From the NCBI GenBank assembly GCA_023920165.1, contig CP089275.1, forward strand, positions 1,178,001 through 1,242,000: a stretch of 64,000 bases of DNA, written 5' to 3'. A program made the translations under genes and the position numbers. The notes under the pieces are model-generated. The model was given only the letters and a program-made list of their open reading frames with translations, was not told the DNA's origin and did not search any database. Shown one piece after another: positions 35,845 to 49,174 of this stretch. The stretch is from Curvularia clavata. Its lineage: Eukaryota. Numbering within the stretch: position 1 is the first letter of the stretch; the number at the start of each line of letters is the position of its first letter.

Positions 35845-37820
35845 CTAGATGATAAACACATAGGCCCGGTCGAAGCACTCATCCCATCCGGCCACTCCGC
35901 CTTTCCAGTACCTCTTCAGCACCGTGCACGCTTTGAGCGGACAGCTCGTTCCCAGCTGCCTACTAAGATCCCCCAGACTCGCCTCGATCCAGTTATGTGT
36001 CGCCTCGCCGCGATGTATTGCCTCAACCCCTGCCACGACCAACGGCCACACCATATGCCTCGCCAGTCTTGGCTTCTTGAGCGCACTGCGCAAGTTACTC
36101 ATAAGCTCATCCGCTGTCTCCATTTGTGTTGCTTGTAGTGACACGGTCGGCGCCAGGACAGTAAGTGACTGTAGCGACATGGTGCAGTAGAGCGATACAG
36201 CAGCCTTGTAAATCCTGCCGAGCAGCTGCCATTCGGAGAAAAAAGGCCTGCCTTGAGCCCAGCTCTCAGGCGAGAATCTCTCGATGCGACTGGTCAAGTC
36301 GTGTGCCTCCAGCGCGTGGGTTGGGTTAGCGTCATACAGCAACAAGGACGCTGAAGCCTTGGAGCGCAGCTGGTTGATCTCCAGTATCTCAATAAAGAGC
36401 TCCTGTGGACATAGCGTGTATGGGAAGATGAGGTCATACACGCTCTTCACATCATCAATAATATTTCGGTTTGCGCCAGTGATGTCAACCTGGTCCCACG
36501 ACGGACTACATGTGTTGGCCAGGGAGATAATGCTACAGGCGGGGAACCGTTAGCCAGTGAAAACTCAATACAAACGCCTCAAAGTTAACCTACAGCAGAT
36601 ATATCACCAAGGATGACAGCAGGTGAGGGGCATCTTGCATGAGCTGCCTAGGCCCGCCTCGGAGGTCAATGAGTCGCTTCATCCCGTTGACATGTGAACG
36701 CCAATCTGTAAAGCTAGGGTTCTGGAGCTAGATGCACGCATTAGCCCATGGCCCAACAATTTTATGAACGGTATCATGAGCATACCTCCAAGCACATAAA
36801 CATCAGTATACTGGTAATTGTCATGTCAGAGCATCGAGTCTTGTCTTGTGCGATATACGAACTCAGCGATCGCAACGCTTCACCACGGTGCTGGTAAATC
36901 TTTGACCGATTCATGGATACAACTGCACTATTCGCACCTAACGGTTGTGAGTGCACGAAATGGCTCAGAGAAATGCACACCAGTGTGTGATGAATCGCAG
37001 GTGTGAGAAGATGCAGTGCTTGCGGAGGGAAGGTGACAATGGCCGGATTTAGTGCCAGCTCCCCCTGGCCCTTCCAGTCTGCATGGATTCTGACATTGTC
37101 TGCAATCGTGAGTCACATGGCCTTCCTCTAGTGCTCTATATGTCTGTACTTACAGTATTGGACAGCCTGGACTACTTCGGACGTCTCATTTGAGAGGTAT
37201 GTGTAGCTTGGCACATCGTACTTTTCCAAGACACCCACCATGAGCTTTAATCTTTGAAGCGGGTCTCGTTTAGATCGTAGTATCCTTGCAGCCTCTTCAT
37301 GCGACTCATTCTTCACCACCTCCTCAATTTTGGCTCGGCCCCAAGTCTTGAACAACCGACCAGCCTCGTTAGTAATCGAGGCCAGTTTCAAGGACAAAAT
37401 ATGCAGCTCCGGCAGTCCTTCTTGGTCCTGATACTCCAGGTTCGATAGATTCCCATCCAGAGTGTCTTCAAATTCGACTGGCTCACGAATGTAGTCATGA
37501 TCGTACAAGCACTCGTACATCTCTTGTTCAGACCCTACACCCTCCCGGAGCGACAGCTGCCTACCCTGGCACGGCGCGGGAGTGGCAACATAGGCTTTTG
37601 GCGGGCCACTACCTTTCTTCCTCCTCCTTCTCGAGGTAACCATGCCTGTCTCAACCCATTGGAGTGGTTTTGCGTCGTCGTAGCCGGAACATTGTCGTCC
37701 CGCTTTTTGGCACTTTCTGCAGTGGGGTAGCATGCGGTCGCAAACTAGACGCCGTTTTATGCATTCCCAGCATTGTCGGCTTGCTTTCTTTTCTCCATTT
37801 TCGGCTGTAATTGTAACCAT
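35845..37820 (-). CDS. Zn(II)2Cys6 transcription factor with Fungal_trans_2-type C-terminal domain, multi-exon
   Basis: Cluster CWECIKRRLVCDRMLPHCRKCQKAGRQC. C-terminal CPQELFIEILEINQLR, WPLVVAGVEA and WDECFDRAY. Confidence 0.88.
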
Positions 37821-40657
37821 ACTTGGTTAACGTTAGATACTGATGCGCGCTGGGGTAATCTCAAAGTTCCAAGAATCGGACACGGTCTGGATCTCGGTCT
37901 TTACACATAAAGTCGTGGCAGTTGCAGCTTGTATGAACGCCTCGTACCAGTGAGCACATTTACATTCTTATTACCGTAGACAGTTCGGATCTCGTTGTTG
38001 CGGCTGAGGAGGCAATGCTACCCCCAGGCATAGTCCTGATGACGGCCCCCATCTCTTGGCCATCCTTGTTGCCTCATAAGGGCTAGCTGCAATCAACCTG
38101 CTTACGTGACGAGGGGGGCCTTGAACTCACCTCTGCTCGGTGACACCGGTACGGCTGCCCCGTCTAAATCGTTATGGGGGTGGCGGATTCCCGAGCGGTT
38201 GTGTTCTGCAAGCGAATTGGATAAATGGTTGCGAATTTGTTCATAGCCAAGCTAATGATGTAGTTTGCTGACGCCGATGCACCAATTACACCACACATGT
38301 CAACTCGGTTGCAGCGGGACAAGAGGAGCTGCATTAATACAATCCCGCGATTAGCTGAATGCCATCTTTTGAGCAACGAAGCCGAGGATCCATCAACATG
38401 AGCGGCGTACTGTGTAGATCTCCAATGCGGCCGCGCGCAGGGTACTCATGTCAAAGCCACTGCACAGCCACAGTCGCCACCCTTGCTTGTTTGAACAACC
38501 TTTAAAAAGGGAAGCGGACAAAGACGAGTCTCTTTTTCGTATGCGGCACCCAGTCGGTAGTTATCATTCCGAAAAGCTACTCTGTATCGTGGGTATGTCT
38601 GTAGCCGTATGCTCAGGTAAGATCGCTCATCGGAAGACAATCATGTTCTTGTGTTGCAAGATGGTCGGACAGAGTTGGAGGTTTGGGTCTGAAATAATGG
38701 CATGTTAAGGCGGATATATTTGGTCGATTCTTAGCGGCAGGCGGCGTCATAGATGACCGAGAAAAAAGAAACTCCGTTCTGGGATAGAAACGAGGAGTAG
38801 AGATAACAGTGGGTAGAGTAAAATAGAACATCTATGGGTGGGATTGAAGAAGTGAAACAAGGGCCTCAAATAACGATTGCAAAGCATAACCATCTCAAGC
38901 TCACTACTGGCTGTGCTGTGTATGTCGTGCTGGTTGGCTTATGCCTTTCCATTCCCAGCTTAATGACCCTGTGCTCCCCGTTCATGAAGTTGTGAAGTTA
39001 CAATGACGTGTTATCGACCTGGCGCCGGAAAAGCCATGACGCAAGACGAGTTCCTCTGCTGTAGTTGCAGCCGCTGCATGAAATGGTCCCTCATATCACA
39101 TAACCGCGCTAGCCGCTTTGGAACCTTTTCACTCCCTTGTTGAGAGCCATTGTACCATTGTTTCGCCGGTCGCCGCCCACCAATGCCTCGTACCGCGGCA
39201 CGACAATTGCTGCTCCTCTTTCGATTACTAGGAGACTTCTGTTTCCATTGCGATCGTGCCCCGGTCCATTAAATTCACCATTTTGTCGCCTGCAGGGCTG
39301 TGAGCCCTGCTTACACCTTAGAGCATGGATGCAACAACATCCAAATTTAGACTGATCAGTATCACATGAAACAGGGTTCTGAGAGACTGTAGCGGGTGAG
39401 ATTAACCAATGTTGCTGAGGTTGCCAAGGAAGATGCGTCCCTGACGACCCGGACAAAGTATCGTCGACGCAAACTTCCTTGGATTGCAGCGCAGCTACGG
39501 AGCAACAGACATTGCTCAATACGCCCTTTCAGGCCTCAGCCCGACCAAATTATGAGCCGTTACAGTACATGTGACAAAGTTTGCTGGCGGTAAAGAAATA
39601 AAGGGATGTGTGGTCTGCGAAGCCAATTTCAGAACCAGTACAACATCAAATAATGGACGAGGCGAGATGGGAACCATCGTAATTCTGAGCGAAGGGGTAT
39701 CCAAAGATGCTTCTTCCTCCGACTGCAGAAAAGTGGGGGTTCTTTTGACCCTCTGATCCTTCACAGATGACCCCACAACGGGCAATCGGTGTATTTCGTG
39801 TAGAGGGACTTCCACCGTTGGGCTACCCATGTATTGAGAGTTGTTCATATGACCATAAGAGATCACAAAAGAGATACTCATTGTATTGACGCCTGTCGTC
39901 GTTCTTATTACTTCCGACGTCAAGCTCCAGGGATGATTATGCTCACAAATATGTGGTGATGATAACCTGGAACTTCATTTCGCTCTGTTTCGGGCTTTCC
40001 CAGTGTAAAGTCATGTTCCCACTCAGTCTTTCTACACATGGACATGTGCAAGAATGCGGGGAGCGTCCCTGATATGTTACATAGCAGCTGAGACAGGTTC
40101 AGTATAGCAGACTTGACTGCTTCGTGTGCTATTGACTGCAAGCTAGCCACATTTTTGAGCGATGTAAGGTTTGTGCATGCTAAGAGTTGGAGGCATGGGT
40201 AAGCATGCTCGTCGAACATGCTTCTGTTCCTCAAAGCCACATGCTATCTAGATATTACCATTTTCAGTATCTTTATATTGACGAGCGGGGCCATCTATTG
40301 GGTATTCCATAGCCTGAGTTCGTCATGCTCAATCGAAGTCCCACCAAACAACCCTTCGTTCAGCGAGTTCAACAATATGCAATACTATTCAGTAGAATAC
40401 TGGGTCATGAATAAGGAGTACATTTGGATCAACACATGGTAAGATACCAACAAATAGGGTCTGTACACTACCAACCTCTAGGTTGTGTACCCGTCATCGT
40501 CCCACACTACCGAATGGCTTCAAGGAAGAGCTCCTTTTTTTCTCATGTGGAAAAGATCTATAAAGAGGGCCAACTTCGCTCTCAGAATTTGAACAAGCCG
40601 CACAGCACTCATCTTCTTCTCCATCAACAGTTTCATTAGCCTTGCTGAGTGACCATC

Positions 40658-43600
40658 ATGGCGGTCTGCTCACTCGTGGTCCCTGGACTGCCGTCTCTCG
40701 TCGGGACGGCAACTCCAACCTTCAGCTACAACCAAATCGCTCACCCAAGCGATTACTTTGGAGTTCAGATGACCTACATGGCCGGAACGTCAACCTGCTT
40801 TGGAACCAAGCCTACCTTCACCCCCGTGATCTCGAATGTTGCGGCAGGCTATACACGTACTTGTCAGTATTTGACTTCGCCCGCTTACACTGGAATCTTT
40901 TGTACCGGTGCGGCCATTTCCGGTTTTCCTAATTCTGGCGCTCTCACTATCAGCAACTATGCCACGGGTTTGCTGGGTATACAGCTGCCCGTTCTGAACG
41001 CTATACCTTACACGGTCACGTTCGGCACGTCTCCAGCGCCTGCTACCGCTACGTCAACAGAGATAGTCGCCGCATCCATTACTGACACTGTTACCGCACC
41101 TGCTGTACCTCTGGCAACAGCGACGGTTACTAGTGCCTCTGCGACGACAACCCAGACCAACTTCGTCACCAATTTCGTACCTACCACAAGTACCGTGACC
41201 GTTTGCCCAACGGCTGGAGGTGCTTTGCCTTTGCTCTCAGCCGTGCCTTTGATATCGTCGATTCTACCGGTTCCTTTGCCACTTACTTCCGTTCTATCGG
41301 CTCCACTGGCGGTAACTTCAGTGTTGTCGGCTCCGCTAGCCATCACATCTGTTATAGCCGATCCTTTGGCAGGAATCTCATCAATCATTCCAGTTCCTGC
41401 GCCAGAGGTGACTTCAATTTTGTCCGCTCCCCTGGCGTTAACTTCTGTTCTGTCGGATCCATTGGCAGTCACATCAGTCATAGCGGATCCTCTAGCAGGC
41501 GTCTCCTCTATTGTTCCAGCCCCCTTACCAGCCGTTACATCTATCATAGCTGACCCTCTGGGAGGAGTGTCATCGATCGTCCCGGTTCCCGTGCCAGCGA
41601 TCACGTCCGTCCTGTCAGACCCTCTAGCAATCACATCAGTCGTGGCAGACCCACTAGCAGGCCTCTCCTCCATTGTTCCAGTCCCTATACCACCAGTCTC
41701 ATCCATTCTGCCAGACCCACTATCAGTTGTGGCAGATCCTCTAGCAGGCATCTCGTCCATCCTTCCAGTTCCATTGCCAGCAGTCACGTCTATTCTATCG
41801 GATCCATTGGCAGTAACATCGGTCGTTGCGGATCCTCTAGCAGGCGTCCCGTCCATCGTCCCAGTTCCTCTGCCAGCAGTTACCTCCATTCTGGCTGATC
41901 CCATAGGGGTTACCTCAATCATAGCAGATCCACTTGGGGGAATTTCATCTATCGTCCCAGTCCCTCTACCAGCAGTGACGTCTATCCTCTCAGACCCACT
42001 AGGAGGAGTCTCTTCAATTGTCCCTGTTCCATTGCCTGCAGTAACCTCAATACTCTCGGACCCTCTGGCAGGGATTTCCTCTATTGTTCCAGTTCCTGTT
42101 CCAGCAGTTACATCATTACTATCCGACCCTTTGGCGATCACATCAGTATTAGCAGATCCACTGGCAGGGGTCTCATCTATCGTTCCAGTCCCGCTGCCAG
42201 CAGTCACCTCAATACTCTCGGATCCTCTGGCAGGGGTCTCTTCCATCGTTCCAATTTCTGTCCCAGGAGTTACATCTATTCTTTCAGGCCCGCTGCCATT
42301 AGTGTCTTCTATTCTATCTGTTCCCATTTCGGTCGTCTCATCCATCTTGTTAGACCCTATTCCGGTGGTCTCATCGGTGCTACCGGGTGTCTCGTCCCTT
42401 GTACCAGTCCCTGTTCCAGCCGTTACATCCATTCTGTCAGCGCCTCTACCAGCGGTAACATCTATTATAGCAAACCCTCTGCCTGCAGTCTCATCTATTG
42501 TGCCGGTTCCATTGCCAGCAGTTACCTCTATCCTATCCGATCCTCTTGGAGGGGTCTCGTCTATCCTACCAGGGGTCCCATCAATCATTCCATCCGTAAT
42601 TCCAACTGACATTACGTCTATTATTGCATCACTCCCATCAATCGTTCCCTCCGTAATCCCTACCGACATTACATCTGTCATAGGATCGCTCCCTATATCT
42701 ATACCCCCAGTCTCCCTTCCTATCTCTTCTATCATACCCTCCATCATCCCATCTGTCATTCCGTCTCTTACTTCAGTGCTACCGTCACTCCCGGTTTCAC
42801 TGCCGACTTCTCTTCCAGTCTCGCTGCCGACCTCTCTCCCACTCTCGCTTCCAACCTCTCTCCCGATATCTTCTATCCTAGTACCGACTTCTCTTATTAC
42901 GATGCCATCCATCTCACTCCCGGCTTCGATCCTTCCGACCTCGATTCCCATCTTATCTCTTCCTACAGTCATATCAACTCCCAGTGTTGTTACCCTCCCA
43001 TCAACCTTGCCCTCAACACCCATTTCCAGTGTTCTCTGTCCAGGTAGTGATGGGACAACGTACACTACGTCCAAGGGCGTCTTTAAGATCGAATGTTTCA
43101 TCGATCGCTTTGACTATGACATTGGCGAGGCAACAAACAACCCGACGAACTTCGAGCAATGCATCCAGGCTTGTGTAGCCAATTCATTGTGCCAAGCAGT
43201 CTCTTTCCTGCCAAATGGCCCTTGCTACTTGAAATGGGGAGCTGGAAAAGCTTACTCTAATAGTGATGTCTGGGGAGCTAAGCTTACAAACGCTCAAGGC
43301 CCACCTGGAGTCTCCTCTCCGGTAATGTCTTCGGTCTTACCTACAATCTCTTCGCCGATAGCGTCATCGGCTCTGCCTACAGTCTTTTCACCGATAGTAT
43401 CTTCGGCTCTACCCACAATCTCTTCCCCAGTAGTGTCTTCGGCTTTGCCTACCACCTCTGCACCAGTAGTATCTTCCATCCCATCTTCTCTGGTCATCCC
43501 AACCGGTATCCCAACGACTCCCGCAACCACTTCGGCAGCCGTTCCCACAGGCAGCGGTGTATCTTGTCCTGCATCCAATGGGTTGCTGGCCACTGTTAGT

Positions 43601-44656
43601 GGAAGGCAGTATCTTGTCTCGTGTGGAATTGATTGGTATGACAGCGATCTGTCGCTTGCACCGACGTACCCAAATTCGTATGAGGGCTGCTTGGCTGATT
43701 GTTCATCCACTCCAACCTGCGCCGCTGTCAGTTACGTTAAAGGCGGTCCTTGCTACTTGAAGACCGGTGCCGATCAGGGCTACAGAACAGACAGCCACAT
43801 CATCGGTGGCAAGCTAGTCAGGATTTTGCCTACTTCAACGAATCCCTCAGGTCCCACCGTGACAGTAACAACAACAATCTCTAATGCTGCTTATCAATGC
43901 GCTTGTACGCCAGTATCATTTCCCCAGTTGGCCTCTGGGGCATGCCCTGCAGATGATGGCAAGATATATACAACCAGTTGTGGAGCAACCTACCAAGTGG
44001 AATGTGGTCAGGACCGCTTCGGCAACGATCGTGAGTAGGATCCAAGGGATTTCTGTGTACATTGCTAATTCGTATCATAGTTCCTCACGGTTTCCAGTAT
44101 GTCGACAACTACGGAAAATGCCTTGAGGCGTGCGACGCGACTGCCGGTTGCATCGATGTATCTTGGATTGAACCGATTCCCGGAAACCGGGGTCCATGTT
44201 ACATGAAGGGTGCCATTGGGGCTGTCCGGTCTACTCAGGAAGTGACTGGCGGTCGCAAGATCTCGGGATGCATAAATCTCCGTTTCAGACGCAAGCGCGT
44301 CGTGCATGTCGACACTAGCAAGAATCTGGCGAAGCGCGCTGGTGTAGCCATCGGCCCCGACTTCACTTTTGTTCTGACTACCAATACTGTGACGGCAACT
44401 TCTACATCCACCGCTACCTTCTTCGCGTTAGTACCTTTCCCTCCATTTCAAGACGCTTTTTCTAATGCAATATAGCACCCAAACCCCCGTTTCGGGAACA
44501 GCTACCTCGACCGTCTTTACTCTGGCGACAGCTGCTGTTCTATCTACTACGACCGCGCAGCAAGCGGTGACGAACACTGTGAGCCTCAGCACCTGCCCGA
44601 CGACGGCGGTAGGCGGCATTCTCCCCGGTCTCCCCGGTCTCCCCGGTTTGCCATGA
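40658..44656 (+). CDS. Large S/T/P/V-repeat protein with C-terminal PAN/Apple-like Cys domains (adhesin-like), 3 exons
   Basis: TATAAA at ~40559 and CATCATGG start context. Tandem (TSILS)DPLAGVSSIVPVPLPAV repeats. Three C...C..AC.....C..VS.....PCY[LM]K modules. Introns near 44031-44080 and 44427-44475. Confidence 0.8.
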
Positions 44657-45458
44657 GGAAGTCAAGCTACTTTATCCGTGCGTTGATTCGACCAAGTTTA
44701 AACTGCGGTCTTTTGCTTCGCGATGGATCCTTCTATCGTCGCTCATTTGAAAACCTCCCTCTTTTTGTTTTTTTATTGCCTGATCATCTAGGCATATGAC
44801 TCAGTTATAGAGACAGTAGAATAGTTTAATCAGGATTCTTTCTTTCCTTGCCAAGCCGGATCGCATCTGCTGTCGCCTCTGTGAAGCATACTAGACCCGG
44901 CAAAATACTAGGCTTGACTGAATTTTAGGTACGATCAACGAAAGGTTGTGCATTACAGAAAGTTTGTAGAGAAAAAGGTAGCAATGCAGATGTAACAGGG
45001 ATGATACATTGTCCGCTGTCTCGCTTCATGCAGGAGAATAGGCAGCAGCGCATCTCAGACCCCAACTCGACCAATCGCTTACCGCGCTCCCAGAAGCAGA
45101 TAGTTATTTCAAAGTAGGAGTAGTATTGATTGGACATTACTCTAGTTGCTGAGGCAAACGCTGACATGTGGCAGACGTCGAGAGGAATCAATGTGGGTGA
45201 GATCCCTGCATTCACTCCATGCCGAGCACGGACCTTATGCGTTACTTCGAGCACTAGGGCGTGGCAACAAGAGTGATAGCACTCAACGACTTTCCAGCAC
45301 TGACGTCTCCGTCCGCTGCTTTGGAATCGCATCGAATGCGCAAACGAGTCGCCGTCAGAGCCGTCTTATCGTAGCATTATCCTATGGCCAATCACACCTG
45401 CGCTTGAGCCAAACCCCGACGTTGATCAGCACCAAACCCAACCACAACGCCAGTTATC

Positions 45459-46300
45459 ATGAATCCCTTTTTTGAGATCTCTCCGGACCGCAAAGCAGAG
45501 CCCAAGACGCCCCATGGTAGAGCATCACCAGTATCAAGCGCAGAGGCTATCCCGCCGACACCTAGCAAACCAAAGTCTAAGCAGAGCAAGCTCACACTCG
45601 GAGATGAGACGGCAGATTTCACCATCATATGCGAGGATACACGGTACATGGCGCACAAGGAACTTCTCTCGACCTCATCACCGTATTTTGCGCGCATGTT
45701 TCGCTTCAGTGGTAGTGTCCGTTCCCCCCACTTCCCCAAGTCTACCTATTCGCTTTGTCTAAACGAGTCGTATAGGAAACTAGCGAGAGAGAAGTAGAAG
45801 TACCGGGTGTGGATGCCCTCTCCATGAAACATATTCTAGACTACATGTACAAGGGCGAGTATGCGCTTCCAGACGGCATCCAAATTCCCAAAGCCGACTA
45901 CTGCAGCCACAGCCGTTTTGCTCTGCTGGAGGGACCAGCTAGTAGCCCAAAGATCTTTAGGCGCAAGTGTCCCTGCGCAAGTAAGTCTCTGGCTCCTGCT
46001 CATCTGCTGATGCATGTGCGCATCTATACGATTGCGGACTACCTCGGCATGTCGGATCTCAAGTTTTATGCGCAGCAGGGTGTAGTAGATGTGCTGCATG
46101 TATATTGGCAGAGCAGAGATTTGGAACTAATGGATGCGTTGGAAGAAGCGTTCACGGCTACGCCGGACGATGATAGGGGTATGAGAGATGTACTTGTCAA
46201 TGCGTTGAAGGAGCATCCAGGCTTGGTTGTAGATAGAGGGAATGTGAGGGAGTGGCTGGATGAGAATCCCGATGTGAATGAAAGCGTGAACTGGGATTGA
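45459..46300 (+). CDS. BTB/POZ domain protein, 2 exons
   Basis: ADFTIICEDTRYMAHKELLSTSSPYFARMF, HILDYMYKGEY and HVRIYTIADYLGMSDLK. A phase-0 intron GTCCGT...TATAG joins the two ORFs. Confidence 0.88.
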
Positions 46301-46811
46301 ACATAGAAGGGGCTGTTATGTTAAAGGACTTCACTCGAAGAACGGCTGCGTTATTACTCTTATTCCTGCGCAGCTATAGCCGGGGATTTGTATAACATCG
46401 AATTTGTTCTGCTCGAGCGCTACGATAACAAGTGCGTCGTACGTTACTTTGGGGCAACTAATACCCACTGGAATGCCTATTAGGATCTAATTAGTGGCAA
46501 GTTCCACGTGAATAAGGCTATACTGTTATGAACCTACAAAATACATTTTAAAATCACAAGTACATCTACAACCCACAAACGGTCTCCTTTGAGCTTCAAA
46601 TATGGCCAGATCTTGTCTTTGATTTCATTGATGTCTGCTGGTGTAGTGTGACGAGCATTGAGCTTTGGTGATGGATGCAGAGGCTGAAAAGCAAGAGTGC
46701 TGTCGGTTACCGATGCTGTTCATCCTCTTCGGTAGGACACATTTTAGATGCCCCATACCTGAAACGTTGGTACTGGCCTTTCAACATCGGGTCAATATAG
46801 TGTGTTGGACA

Positions 46812-47306
46812 TCATTGAGAATGAGTAATCTCGACATAATGCGACCAAGCATCATGGTATGATAGCTTCCGTCGCAACGAAGCCGCGAAATCACCACAAA
46901 TGACAACACTCTGACCATAGTACTGTGGCTTCACAATTCTTGCTTTCGAACCTGGGGTAGATGGTCGCAGTTTCTCAGTTTGCAAGCGGTCCAAGACGCC
47001 TCGCATACGTTTATGCAATGGTCCTCGTCCCAGTCATCTAGGTAATTCCACATTGTGTTCATGGACTTAGCCTGCAAATCATCAGCATCTCAATCCATGA
47101 TATATGATGAGACAGTCAGTTGTGCTCAAGTAACTCACTATGTCCTGTGGCGAGGGCTTGCGTGGACCAACATCCTCCTGAGGGGGTGGTAGATGGGGGC
47201 GCCGATCTTCAATGAGGATGGCAAAGGCGTAGTAGATGCTGTAGAGTAGTAGAGTAGAGAGAACCAATATGAGCGAGATGTGCGCGACACGGTATATCAG
47301 CTTCAT
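46812..47306 (-). CDS. Possible small multi-exon membrane-anchored protein of unknown function; 3' end uncertain
   Basis: MKLIYRVAHISLILVLSTLLLYSIYYAFAILIE (TM-like). A GTGAGT...TGCAG intron leads to AKSMNTMWNYLDDWDEDHCINVCEASWTACKLRNC. Confidence 0.35.
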
Positions 47307-49174
47307 CACGGGGTATGCCGTTCAATGGCGGTGTCAGTGAATTGTTTAGGCACTCAGCGAAGGTGGACCGCGCTAGTGGTCTAGCGTGTTTCTCAGCTAC
47401 TTTCTGCCACCCCCACCTTGTCATCGCCGGCCGGAAGTACATTTCATATCCCCATCTTCAATGTTGAGGTAAACTATTACATGCATTAGCATCGCACAAT
47501 TAGCCTTTCATTTTCTCTTTAAAGTCCCGCTACTCTACTGTATGTGAAGCACAAAACCTACACTACTCTGCACATCAGGGTTCTTCAAATTTCGTGCGTA
47601 CAAAGCGCAATACCTATCCGTTGCTTTGTTTTTCAGATCGATCGTCTTAATGCTTAGGTTCTAATCCCACTGCAACAGCGGCCGGTCGTGTTTTCCGCTT
47701 GTTGAGTCAACTTGAACAGCGTTCGCGTCGCGTGTCTTGATCAGTCCGTTCGCCATGTTCTACACGTGGTGTCTAAAAACAGTAACACGAATCTGTCCAA
47801 ACCTTCACCCAAAGTGATGTGCAGCCAGAGGATCGAAGGCAAAATCAGCAAACATATTTCTACGAACAGCTCCCAAAGCAACTAGGGTCTGGAATCGAGG
47901 GGAAGCGGGTCCTTGAGTATTCGATACGCATTTCCTAATAGGTAAAATACTCGAAGGGCATTTGAGACTTTTCCAGGAAACAAGGAAGGCGATAGACAAG
48001 CATAGCGATCAGGCTGCAGAGTACATGCTCTGTCGGTCTTCAACCCCGAAAAGGGAAAGCCTGCCAACGTTAATTGGTGCTAGCTATGGACTCCCGCTGC
48101 TACTTGTGCATGTTTGTTGAGGTGGGCGAGATGGCATTGCAGAGAAAGATTAGGATCTCCGAGAGCATTGGTTAGCTCGTATTAGACGCATTCGATGCTG
48201 CAGATATCATGAGACAGCGTACGATCGAAGTCCTCACAATGTTTAGCCTCGAGACAGCAAGGTTAGTATGGATTGTAAGAAAAACGGAACTTCTAGGGAT
48301 GACTCAAGCGAAGAGCGCCTGCATGCCGCGGACACCTCTACTATACCTGATCATCCCGCCAGAAATTCACCTACGGACAGCAAAACACTTGTCTGGAACC
48401 AGTGTCATTGTGATGCGCCCAAGGAAGCAAACAATGTTATCAGATCAAGGTTGAAGATGGTAGCACATGATGCCTTTGGGGATCCTTGCTAAAAGTATGG
48501 TCTAGGCTCTTATGGCCATCGTACCACCTGTAGTTTATTTATTCACCGAGCATCTAGAGCGCCCCCCACTTGGAGCCGCGGTCTAATAGATCTGACAGTA
48601 TACCTAGTGAAGCTAGCCCTTTCTGGTTGATCAATCCGATGACGTCTGCTCGCATTTCGCTGTCTCGTGAAGGAACCGGACACGGCGGTCCAGCAGGATT
48701 TCGCAGGAACTATTTGTAAACTTGAATATACAGTTTTTTGGGGGGAGCTGAAGCAGATAAGGCTTTTAGGAGCCAGTGCGATGCTGGCAAGTTGCAAGAG
48801 GATGATGAGTGGCATGGCCCTAGTCCGTGTTGGGCGTGTACCCCACCACACCATATGGGCACCAAGGGCTGCTTGGCCGGAGCCAATCATGAGAATCGAG
48901 ATCAGACGGCCTTTCTAGAAAGTTCGGACTGTGTCTCCGGCACCATCAACTGGTCTAGCCCTCCATGAACTGATGCTGTACATCGAAATCGGTGCACGGA
49001 TGCTTGAGAGCCGCCCCGCTGTAGCTGCGCGCGGTTCCGCGACATCCAGGTTACCAGGCCTCTCAATCCTCTATCATCAACTCTGAATAAGAGCCTCTCA
49101 TCCCCACTCTCTCTGGGCCGCTGTTGCGTATCACCTGCAAAGTCAACCCCTCTCTCCTCCTCAACGACACTGCT

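Noticed and set aside
37900..40600. Short ORFs in the long intergenic region
   Set aside because: No recognisable motifs or consistent exon structure; likely divergent promoter DNA.
41230..42600. Repeats as a RiPP (dikaritin-type) precursor
   Set aside because: No KR/RR sites between units and no DUF3328-type tailoring genes recognised nearby.
41008..43101. 697-aa antisense ORF
   Set aside because: Codon-aligned mirror of the low-complexity repeat gene, with no independent domain features.
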